32,000 nucleotides of DNA from NCBI RefSeq assembly GCF_020969955.1, contig NZ_JAHDSX010000010.1, positions 1 through 32,000 on the forward strand, in the 5' to 3' direction. The notes under the pieces were generated by a model. That model ran no database searches, was not told where the DNA came from, and saw only the letters and a program-made list of their open reading frames with translations. Both the position numbers and the translations under genes were made by a program. Below are positions 16,774-24,718 of the stretch, one piece after another (position 1 is the first letter of the stretch; every line of letters starts with the position of its first letter). The DNA comes from Allobaculum fili (GTDB lineage: Bacteria > Bacillota_I > Bacilli_A > Erysipelotrichales > Erysipelotrichaceae).

Positions 16774-17433
16774 ATGAACACGTCGATGATTGATGAAAAA
16801 TGGGTTCGACCGGCTTTGAAGCCGCTCCTTGCCCCGGATGACGAAGTTTGCGTTCTGGCATTCAGCTTTTTTGACGATACGAAAACGCTTGAGGATTGGA
16901 ACCGTCAGTACAAGAAGGGCCAGGGCATCTGGTACCGCTCGAATACGGATGTGTTTTTCGCCTACGGCCTGAAAGAAAAACAGATTCACTGGGTCAATTA
17001 CTTCACCGACTCCATCCCGCAGATGAAAGAAGCCATTCTTAATTCCAGTGTGCTTCTTCTGACTGGCGGCGCGCCGGATCTGATGTATCGGCGCATTCGG
17101 GAAAAGAAGCTTTCCGGCCTGCTTCGGCGCTATCAGGGTCTGGTGATCGGCTATTCCGCCGGCGCCATGATCCAGCTTGGGGAATACCACATTACCCCGG
17201 ATGAAGATTATCCGCAGTTCTGCTGGAAAAACGGACTCGGCTATCTCACGGACTTCGATGTGGAAGTGCATTTTCAGAACACGCCCCATCAGCTCCGGCA
17301 TATTGAGCGGGCACTGAGCGAACGCCACCGTCCGGTTTATGCGATCGACGAAAAAGGCGGCATGATTGTTCAGCCCGATGGAACAAAAAGCTTCTTCGGA
17401 GCGGTGACATGCTTCGATCCAAAAACCAAATAA
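16774..17433 (+). CDS. peptidase S51 (dipeptidase E-like) family protein
   Basis: LLLTGGAPDLMYRRIREKKLSGLLRRYQGLVIGYSAGAMI matches the GGN...G.SAG nucleophile-elbow region of S51 peptidases. The start is uncertain: the frame is open from 16420, and ATG 16774 or 16786 gives the family-typical length of about 220 aa. Confidence 0.7.
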   Translation: MNTSMIDEKWVRPALKPLLAPDDEVCVLAFSFFDDTKTLEDWNRQYKKGQGIWYRSNTDVFFAYGLKEKQIHWVNYFTDSIPQMKEAILNSSVLLLTGGAPDLMYRRIREKKLSGLLRRYQGLVIGYSAGAMIQLGEYHITPDEDYPQFCWKNGLGYLTDFDVEVHFQNTPHQLRHIERALSERHRPVYAIDEKGGMIVQPDGTKSFFGAVTCFDPKTK

Positions 17434-17573
17434 GCAGGAAAACGGAAAGTAAGAAAACTGACAAAGAGACAATCCGGGCGGCACAGAATGACGTGACATA
17501 GGATGACGTATAGTTACGCGTTATTCTTTAAAAACCGCCTGCCTGTCGATGATGAAATTCCGAAATATAAAGT

Positions 17574-17597
17574 CCAGGGCATGCCCTGGCTTTTTTG
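17574..17597 (+). terminator. Rho-independent terminator (plus strand)
   Basis: CCAGGG-catg-CCCTGG followed by CTTTTTT. Confidence 0.55.
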
Positions 17598-17641
17598 GCA
17601 AAAGAAAAAGGCGGCTTTTGCTTTGATTTGCGAAGGCCGCC
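17598..17641 (-). terminator. Rho-independent terminator of spx
   Basis: On the minus strand, GGCGGCCTTCGC-aaatcaaa-GCAAAAGCCGCC is followed by TTTTTCTTTT, 48 nt after the spx stop. Confidence 0.55.
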
Positions 17642-17688
17642 CTTTGAAGTTCATGGGTGAGGATAGATCCGTGAATTACAAGTCTAAG

Positions 17689-18120
17689 TTAAAACGTACG
17701 AAGTTCGAGTGTGGATTCCAAGATGGAACGTTCGATCCGGCGAAGCTCTTCTTTACGACGGCTAACCGGGATCATGGCTGTGATTTCGTCATCATCGTAG
17801 CCAACGACCATATTCTTTTCGGATAACATGATCGGTCGTTTCAGAACCGACGGGTTTCTCTGGATAAAACGAGTGAGCTGGGTCAGTGACATTTCATCGA
17901 TTTCTTCCTTCAGTGTGAGATACGCTTTTGAACGTGTCGAGATAATGTCTTCTGTACCGTTTTCGCAACGGGAAAGCAGATATTTGATCTCAGCTTCAGA
18001 AAGCAGGTTGGAGAAGATATTCTTTTCAACAAAATTAATGTGGTTATCTTCGAGCCATCTTTTTGCCTTGCGGCAGCTTGCGCATCCAGGCGACGTGTAG
18101 AACAATACGGCATCTTTCAT
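17689..18120 (-). CDS. spx: Spx/ArsC-family redox-sensing transcriptional regulator
   Basis: Start at MKDAVLFYTSPGCASCRKAKRWLEDNHINFVEKNIF behind GGAGGAAAAATAAT. It carries the CxxC motif and RPIM...VGYDDDEI, as in Spx. Confidence 0.9.
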   Translation of the reverse strand: MKDAVLFYTSPGCASCRKAKRWLEDNHINFVEKNIFSNLLSEAEIKYLLSRCENGTEDIISTRSKAYLTLKEEIDEMSLTQLTRFIQRNPSVLKRPIMLSEKNMVVGYDDDEITAMIPVSRRKEELRRIERSILESTLELRTF

Positions 18121-18846
18121 ATTATTTTTCCTCCGAAACATAATTGTTTCCTTTTTTCTTGATAGGTCAGTGTCTTAGATTTGCATTTCCTGAAGGAATG
18201 CATTTCTTAATTGCATCTTTATTTTATGTCTTACCCGAGTAAAGATGCAACCTTTTTTAGAAAGAAAATCCGAAAACTTTATTTGCAGCAATCGTCCTTT
18301 AAATAAAGGGGGAATCAATAATAACTAATTTGAACGCGCTTTCATTGAGGTACATTTGAGTTCTTAATATTGTGGCGAAAGCGTTAAATTGATGAGAAAA
18401 GTGGCAAATAGAGCTAGTCTTGCCCTTTCTCGGTTTAAACGCAGAGCGGATAATTTGTACAATTTGTTTTTTTATGAAGATAAAAATCAATCAAATTTGT
18501 ACATTCGTTGCGTGAAATGGCTCTCATGAATCTTTATATTCTTTCTTAGCCTTAACATTATCTTTATACGAATTAAGGATTTTTTAATTTTTGATACTCA
18601 AAAGCCGCATTCCTTTTGCGGATATGTCCGATGATTTTCTTGCGATTTGCCCAGATTCAGGCTGCTCTGGGGCACATTCATTCTATGAGGATAAATATCC
18701 CATTAATATAAGACGGAATATAAATCCGAATCAGATGAAATAAAATGACGATATGCATAATATCCGCTCTCCAGCGGGCAAAAAATTGAAACGGCATCCA
18801 TAAAATCCTCTATAATGATTTGTGACCCAGCAAGGAGAGAAACAAA

Positions 18847-19530
18847 ATGGAAATTATTGAAGTACTTAACAATAACCAGAGTTACCTCGAAGATTTCATC
18901 ACCCGGGTTGTCTACAACTCGAACGCTCTTGAGGGCAGTACCCTGACGCGTAATGAAACCTACGCGCTGACCTTTGACTCCAACCATTGCGCCATCAACG
19001 CCAATGCCAAGGAGATTCATCAGGCGATCAACCACAAGCGTGCCATGATGCAGATGCTAAAGCGTCTGAACGCCGGCGAACCGCTGACGGCCGAATATCT
19101 GATGTCCGTCAACGATACGATCAACGAAAACATCATGTTCGGCGGAGCCTATCGTGAAGATCCGGCTATCGTATCCGGATCGACCAAGGTATTCCCAGGA
19201 CCTGATGAAATCGAATCCTTCCTGAACCGTTTCATTGCCAAATATAATGACCTCGTTAAAAACGGATTTACGATGGAAGACGTAGCGGACATGCACATTT
19301 CGTTTGAGAACATTCATCCGTTCTCGGATGGAAACGGACGCACCGGCCGCATTCTGATCAACTCTATGCTGATCGCCAACAACCAGACCCCGATTGTCAT
19401 CCCTCTCGAGATGCGCAATGACTACATCAAACTGCTGGAAACCAACAATGTAAAAGACATGGCCAAGATGTTCACCGGCCTTCAGGAAAAAGAAGCTGAA
19501 CGTCTGAAAACGTTCGCGGATCTGCAGTAG
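18847..19530 (+). CDS. Fic family protein (AMPylase-type, class II autoinhibited)
   Basis: AAGGAGAG SD. Canonical HPFSDGNGRTGR active-site loop. N-terminal SNALEG fits the [ST]xxxE[GN] inhibitory motif. Confidence 0.92.
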   Translation: MEIIEVLNNNQSYLEDFITRVVYNSNALEGSTLTRNETYALTFDSNHCAINANAKEIHQAINHKRAMMQMLKRLNAGEPLTAEYLMSVNDTINENIMFGGAYREDPAIVSGSTKVFPGPDEIESFLNRFIAKYNDLVKNGFTMEDVADMHISFENIHPFSDGNGRTGRILINSMLIANNQTPIVIPLEMRNDYIKLLETNNVKDMAKMFTGLQEKEAERLKTFADLQ

Positions 19531-19566
19531 TCTTCTCTTTTCGCTTTACCCATTATCAGAAATCAG

Positions 19567-19593
19567 AAAAGCAGCTTTCGGGCTGCTTTTTTG
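19567..19593 (+). terminator. Rho-independent terminator after fic
   Basis: AAAAGCAGC-tttcgg-GCTGCTTTT followed by TT. Confidence 0.7.
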
Positions 19594-19668
19594 CTGGGCG
19601 GGGAACGGGAGATGCGCATAGGAAGGAACATAGACAGGAAGGGACATAGATAGGAGGCCCACAGAAAG

Positions 19669-19694
19669 AAACAAAAGATACAAACAAAAGATAC
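19669..19694. repeat. perfect 13-nt tandem duplication (AAACAAAAGATAC x2)
   Basis: Read directly: 19669-19681 equals 19682-19694. Confidence 0.9.
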
Positions 19695-19765
19695 ATAGGA
19701 AGGGCAAAGTGAGACGCAAAATTTTCTCACGGCACAGATCCCTGAAACCATATCCCTGTATATCC

Positions 19766-19791
19766 ATATATGGGGAAGATATATGGGGAAG
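19766..19791. repeat. perfect 13-nt tandem duplication (ATATATGGGGAAG x2)
   Basis: Read directly: 19766-19778 equals 19779-19791. Confidence 0.9.
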
Positions 19792-19943
19792 CGGGCCTCT
19801 GGTACGGATCGGCAGAAAAGAATGCAAAGAGGCCGGCAGCAGGTCTGGAAAACGGATACAAATTTTGCATTCTTCCGATGCATGAAAACGGTTTACAGGT
19901 ACAATAGGGGGAAGCGCGCAAAGCGCAGAAGGGAATTTAAATC

Positions 19944-20411
19944 ATGCTTACTCCAGGAACACCGGCTCCGGATTTCACGCTGCCGGATCAGGATGGAAAT
20001 CTGCACACGCTCTCTTGCTATAGAGGAAAGAAAGTCGTTCTGTATTTTTATCCGAAAGACAATACGTCTGGCTGTACAAAACAGGCCTGCAGTTACCGGG
20101 ACCATTTTGAAGACTTTGAAAAGGAAGGCGCGGTCGTCATCGGCATTTCCAAGGATACGATCCGCTCCCACGCCAACTTCAAAGCCAAATATGAGCTTCC
20201 GTTTCTGCTGCTCGCCGATCCGGAACGAAAGGTTCTCCATGAATACGATGTCGTAAAGGAAAAGACCATGTATGGGAAAAAGGTTCTCGGTACCGTACGG
20301 ACAACGTACCTGATCGATGAAAACGGCATCATTCTCAAAGCCTATGAGAAGGTCAAGCCGGAAACCGACAGCGAGACGGTTTTAAAGGATATTGAAAACG
20401 CAAAGCTCTAA
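19944..20411 (+). CDS. bcp: thioredoxin-dependent thiol peroxidase (peroxiredoxin Bcp/PrxQ)
   Basis: APDFTLPDQDGNLHTLSCYRGKKVVLYFYPKDNTSGCTKQAC carries the PxxxTxxC peroxidatic-Cys motif typical of Bcp. Confidence 0.92.
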   Translation: MLTPGTPAPDFTLPDQDGNLHTLSCYRGKKVVLYFYPKDNTSGCTKQACSYRDHFEDFEKEGAVVIGISKDTIRSHANFKAKYELPFLLLADPERKVLHEYDVVKEKTMYGKKVLGTVRTTYLIDENGIILKAYEKVKPETDSETVLKDIENAKL

Positions 20412-20614
20412 GCCAAACCGTGCAAGGCACAAATCCTGCTTGTGCCTGACTATGTTAAAATTGATACAGATTCATCCGTAGAACGGAGGACGAATTCTGC
20501 CCAGCGCTTCCATTGCCCGCCATTCCTTATTAAGCGAAAGGGAAGGTTTATCATCGAGCGGCACTGCGAGGCACCGTTTAAACAAAAAATCAGTTGCGGA
20601 TGAGGGAGGATAAG

Positions 20615-21577
20615 ATGATTAAACGAATTGGCATTCTTACTTCCGGCGGCGATTCCCCCGGAATGAACGCAGCGGTACGTGCCATCACTCGTGTAGGCAT
20701 CAATGCCGGACTGGAAGTCTATGGAATTTTCAACGGATATAAAGGAATGGTTGAAGGCTATATCGAGCCGCTCACTTCCGAATCCGTCAGCGAAATTCTT
20801 ACCCGGGGCGGAACCGTTCTCGGGTCTGCCCGTCTGCCGGAATTCAAGGATGTGGAAGTCCGTAAAAAAGCCATCAAGCAGCTTGAACGCCGCGGCATTA
20901 ACGCTGTAGTTGTTATTGGCGGTGACGGTTCTTACCGAGGCGCGCTTGAACTGACTCACATGGGCATTAACTGCATTGGTCTGCCGGGAACGATTGATAA
21001 TGATATTACATGTACGGATTTTACGATCGGATTCATGACAGCTCTCGAAACAATTGTCGATGCAGTCGATAAACTGCGGGATACATCCAACTCGCATCAC
21101 CGCTGCTCCATTGTAGAAGTCATGGGAAACCGCTGCGGCGACCTCGCCCTGTGGGCAGGTATCGCCTGCGGAGCGGAAATCGTTGTTACCAGCGAAAGCG
21201 GTTTTGATGAGCAGGATATTCTCGATCGTCTGCGCGATCTCGATCAGATTAAAAAGAAAAAGCACGCGATCATCATCATTTCGGAAAAAATTACCGATGT
21301 TCACCAGTTTGCGAAAAAAGTTACGCTCAATACCGGCTTCTCCGGCCGGGCTACCGTTCTTGGTCACATCCAGCGCGGCGGCTCGCCCTGCCCGTTTGAC
21401 CGTATGCTCGCCAGCCAAATGGGCGAGAAGGCCGTGGACTTGCTGATGCAGGGCATCGGCGGACAGTGTGTCGCTATCCGGAATAACAAGATCACGTCTT
21501 TCCCGATCGAAAAAGCACTTGTTATGCCGTCTGAATCGAAAAAACCGCTCACCAACCTGTTCGAACGTCTCGGATAG
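20615..21577 (+). CDS. pfkA: ATP-dependent 6-phosphofructokinase
   Basis: Start at MIKRIGILTSGGDSPGMNAA behind GAGGGAGG. Motifs GGDGSYRGA, PGTIDNDI and GHIQRGG are present. Confidence 0.95.
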   Translation: MIKRIGILTSGGDSPGMNAAVRAITRVGINAGLEVYGIFNGYKGMVEGYIEPLTSESVSEILTRGGTVLGSARLPEFKDVEVRKKAIKQLERRGINAVVVIGGDGSYRGALELTHMGINCIGLPGTIDNDITCTDFTIGFMTALETIVDAVDKLRDTSNSHHRCSIVEVMGNRCGDLALWAGIACGAEIVVTSESGFDEQDILDRLRDLDQIKKKKHAIIIISEKITDVHQFAKKVTLNTGFSGRATVLGHIQRGGSPCPFDRMLASQMGEKAVDLLMQGIGGQCVAIRNNKITSFPIEKALVMPSESKKPLTNLFERLG

Positions 21578-21647
21578 AGAGATCATTCGTGCAATTGCGA
21601 GGGGAATGGTTTAAAATCTCAACGGATTCAACTCTAGAGGTGTATGT

Positions 21648-23066
21648 ATGGATAAAAAAACAAAAGTTGTATGTACGATCGGCCCAGCCAGCGAAAACCC
21701 TGAAATGATCGCAAAGCTGGTCGAAGAAGGTATGAACATCTGCCGTCTGAACTTCTCTCACGGCGATTATGAGGAACATGGAGCACGGATCGAGCGCATC
21801 CGCCAGGTTTCCAAGGAAATGAAAAAACCGATTGGTATCATGCTCGATACCAAGGGCCCGGAAATTCGTCTTGGCAAATTTGAAGACGGCGGCGTCCAGT
21901 TTGAAAAAGGCGACGTAGTGACCATCGTCAACGATGCGGAACTGCTCGGCAACCGCGAAAGATTTGCGATCAGCGTACCGGAAGTTTTTAACGATGTAAA
22001 ACCCGGCGACTTCATCCTGATGGATGACGGTAAAATGCGCGTGGATATTACGGAAGTTACTCCAGGCAAGGAATTCAAAGGAATTGTAGCCAACCCCCAC
22101 TTCCTGAAGTCTAAGAAGGGCTGCAACCTGCCAGGAATCATTCTTTCCATGCCTTTCCTTTCCAAGAAAGATGAAGCGGATCTGCGCTTTGGTGCGAAAA
22201 ACGATATCGACTACGTAGCTCTGAGCTTTGTACGTCGTAAAGAAGACGTTCTTGCGGTTCGGGATGTTCTCATTTCCGAAGGCAAGGATGATATTCAGAT
22301 CATTGCGAAAATCGAAAACCAGGAAGGTTTCGACAACCTGCCTGACATTCTGGAAGTAGCCGACGGCATCATGGTTGCCCGCGGTGACCTCGGCGTGAAC
22401 GTATCACTCGAATACGTACCAATCTACCAGAAACAGATGATCAAAATGGCAAACGATGCCGGCAAGCCGGTTATCACCGCTACCCACATGCTCGAATCCA
22501 TGCAGGGCAACCCGCGTCCGACTCGTGCAGAAGCCAGTGACGTTGCCAATGCGATCATGGATGGCACCGATGCGGTTATGACTTCCGCTGAAACAGCTGC
22601 AGGAAGCTATCCAGCAGAAGCCGTTCATACATTCACAAAAATTGCCAATGCCATCGAACCGATGATTGACTACAAGAAACGTCTGGCTGATGGTATTGCT
22701 TCTTCCAAGCGCAACATGAGCGACTCCATCGCCATTTCCGCTGCGGAAACCGCTCTGGCCATGGACATCAAGGCCATCATTGCCTTCACACAGTCCGGCC
22801 TGACCGCTAAACGTCTGGCGAAATTCCGTCCGGAAGCACCGATCATTGCGGTAACTTTCGATGAAAAAGTTCAGCGCTCTCTGCTTCCTGTCTTCGGTGT
22901 ACAGCCTGTCGTTACCGACGTGCAGAACACCCAGCAGAACGACGTTCAGCTCGCTCGCAACATCGCTCTGAAAAACGGTCTGCATCACGGAGACAACATC
23001 ATCGTTGTAGCCGGCTATCCAGTTGGAAGCGGATCGACCAACATGATGAAAATCGTTACTGTCTAA
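21648..23066 (+). CDS. pyk: pyruvate kinase
   Basis: TKVVCTIGPAS...MNICRLNFSHGDYEEH...MLDTKGPEIR...MVARGDLGV. The pfkA-pyk operon arrangement is classic. Confidence 0.95.
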   Translation: MDKKTKVVCTIGPASENPEMIAKLVEEGMNICRLNFSHGDYEEHGARIERIRQVSKEMKKPIGIMLDTKGPEIRLGKFEDGGVQFEKGDVVTIVNDAELLGNRERFAISVPEVFNDVKPGDFILMDDGKMRVDITEVTPGKEFKGIVANPHFLKSKKGCNLPGIILSMPFLSKKDEADLRFGAKNDIDYVALSFVRRKEDVLAVRDVLISEGKDDIQIIAKIENQEGFDNLPDILEVADGIMVARGDLGVNVSLEYVPIYQKQMIKMANDAGKPVITATHMLESMQGNPRPTRAEASDVANAIMDGTDAVMTSAETAAGSYPAEAVHTFTKIANAIEPMIDYKKRLADGIASSKRNMSDSIAISAAETALAMDIKAIIAFTQSGLTAKRLAKFRPEAPIIAVTFDEKVQRSLLPVFGVQPVVTDVQNTQQNDVQLARNIALKNGLHHGDNIIVVAGYPVGSGSTNMMKIVTV

Positions 23067-23104
23067 ACCGACTGACGATTCTTCCGCTTAATTTGATTTC
23101 CTTT

Positions 23105-23142
23105 CAGGAGCTGCAATAAAACTCTGTGGCTCCTGTTTTTTT
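23105..23142 (+). terminator. Rho-independent terminator after pyk
   Basis: CAGGAGC...GCTCCTG followed by a run of 7 T. Confidence 0.7.
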
Positions 23143-23169
23143 ATGCATTTATTTTTATTTTTTGCTTAT

Positions 23170-24110
23170 TTATTTGCGTCCGGCCAGGAGAGGGGCGATC
23201 TGTCCGGTTCTTCCATCGCAAAACCGGCCAATCCGGTTCGTGAAGGCTATACGTTTGAGGGCTGGTTTACGGATTCCGAAGGCAAAAACGCCTTTAACTT
23301 CGAAACGGCAAAACCAGAAACCGATACCGTGATTTACGCCAGGTGTACGCGGATCCTCACAGCCCTGGATGCCCCGGCTAAACTCAGAGTTAGCACATCC
23401 CGTAGTGAAACCGGCGTACTGAGCGGAACATTCCGCTGGGATGCAGTAGAAGCGGGTGAAGGAAAAGTCAGCGGGTATGGCGTGACGCTGACGGATCCGG
23501 ATGGAATCGACTGGACGCAGGGCGGCATGGCCGGAACGTAAACCGAGTTTGCGACGGCTCTGACCAAAGAAGGCGATTGGACAATTACCGTTACCGCAGT
23601 GGGCAGCGAAGAAAACGGTTCGAGCGACAGCCAATCGGCAACGCTGACCGTCCGCGTCACCTTCGATGCGCAGATCGAGGAAGAATCGGAAGATGTTCTC
23701 TGCCTTTGTGCATCTTCCATCACGAAGCTGAGCGATCCGGTTCCCACCGGCTACACGTCTGAAGGCTGGTTTACAGAGGAAAGCTGCACGAACAAATTCG
23801 ATTTTGCGCAGGCAAACCGGAGCAGAGCCTGACCCTGTACGCCTAGTGGGCCGAAGAAGAACCGGTTGTGGAACTGAACTGGACGCTTCTGAATCAGGCC
23901 ATTGCCAAAGGCCAGAACGTCAATACGAAGCTGGCCAGCTATCAGGACAAAGACAAGAGTGAATTCTCCGCAGCCTTTGGACGCGCAAAAGCGCTCAGAA
24001 GTGCAGAAGAGGTCACGCAGTCGGAAATTGACCGCATGGCCAGAGAACTCGCTTCGGCAGAACTTGTTCTTCGTCTGAAATCCAGTAAAGATCTGCTGAA
24101 CCTTGAATAA
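23170..24110 (+). pseudogene. 3' remnant of a surface protein gene (two Flg_new/Listeria-Bacteroides repeats plus a FIVAR domain), disrupted
   Basis: Motifs PANPVREGYTFEGWFTDSEGKNAFNFE and PVPTGYTSEGWFTEESCTNKFDFAQ, plus a FIVAR-like segment LNQAIAKGQNV...SEFSAAFGRAKALRSAEEVTQSEIDRMARELASAELVL. Lesions: in-frame TAA 23539-23541, a frameshift near 23812-23814 and TAG 23844-23846 replacing the K of the LTLYAKW consensus. There is no N-terminus; it begins right after the pyk terminator. Confidence 0.7.
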
Positions 24111-24189
24111 TCCGGCTGATCGAGCAGGAAATCAAGGCAGTCGGATTCTTCCCGATTTACAATGGAAACCGAATTGCCAAAGAATTCAA

Positions 24190-24230
24190 AAGGCCGGCTG
24201 CAGAGCGAAATCTGCAGCCGCCTTTCTTTA
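24190..24230 (+). terminator. Rho-independent terminator
   Basis: GGCCGGCTGCAGA-gcgaaa-TCTGCAGCCGCC followed by TTTCTTT. Confidence 0.55.
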
Positions 24231-24231
24231 T

Positions 24232-24267
24232 ATGGTTATGTTCGAGTTACATGGTTATGTTCGAGTT
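24232..24267. repeat. 17-nt direct repeat with 19-nt period (ATGGTTATGTTCGAGTT x2)
   Basis: Read directly: 24232-24248 equals 24251-24267. Confidence 0.9.
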
Positions 24268-24540
24268 CGTCAGGGAATGGGTATATTCGTGTTCTTCCGG
24301 CGTAAGTTCTTCGGATTGGGTTCTGGGTTCTGCGCCCGGTCCGGTTTCAGGCCCATGCTGCCGTGCAGGGCTGCCTGCTGACCATCCAGGAAAACGCGGA
24401 AAGAAGAGTAATGAAGATCGCTCAGGACAGAGATCGCAGGCAGATATAAAAATAGATAGGCAGTATCAATTCATAATCATTTCCCTTCAGTTTTATGCGC
24501 AAATCACTCACTTCATCGCGGAAAAACAAGCGGGGTGCTC

Positions 24541-24569
24541 TTGAGTGTAAGCGTGCACAATGCTAACCT
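24541..24569 (+). promoter_or_regulatory. putative promoter of GH84 copy 1 (positionally conserved with copy 2)
   Basis: TTGAGT, a 17-nt spacer, then TAACCT. The same -35 and spacing occur upstream of copy 2. The -10 is weak. Confidence 0.25.
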
Positions 24570-24612
24570 GAAATCATGAGACCATCTGTGATGGATGGAA
24601 AGAGGAGGAAAC

Positions 24613-24717
24613 ATGAGGAAAGCTTCCAGAAAGATCGCAAGCAGCTTTTTAGCCGCTGCTATGCTGATCCCCTCATTCCGTTGTTTACGCAACTGGAACG
24701 ACGACAATCAGCAATGA
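24613..24717 (+). other. orphaned signal-peptide mini-ORF of GH84 copy 1 (MRKASRKIASSFLAAAMLIPSF then out-of-frame tail)
   Basis: GAGGAGGAA SD. The first 22 codons are homologous to the start of copy 2 (MRKTSRKIASSFLAAAMLIPSF). The frame then diverges and stops at 24715-24717. Confidence 0.65.
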
Positions 24718-24718
24718 C

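Noticed and set aside
17503-17826. A 107-aa plus-strand ORF and other ORFs antisense to spx (17828-18100, 17910-18113).
   Set aside because: They overlap the clearly identified spx on the other strand or frame. They have no SD and no recognisable family.
23143-23200. MHLFLFFAYLFASGQ... as a signal peptide and true start of the 132-aa ORF.
   Set aside because: These codons are the T-run and flank of the pyk terminator. Homology to Flg_new repeats begins mid-domain, so the gene is 5'-truncated rather than starting here.
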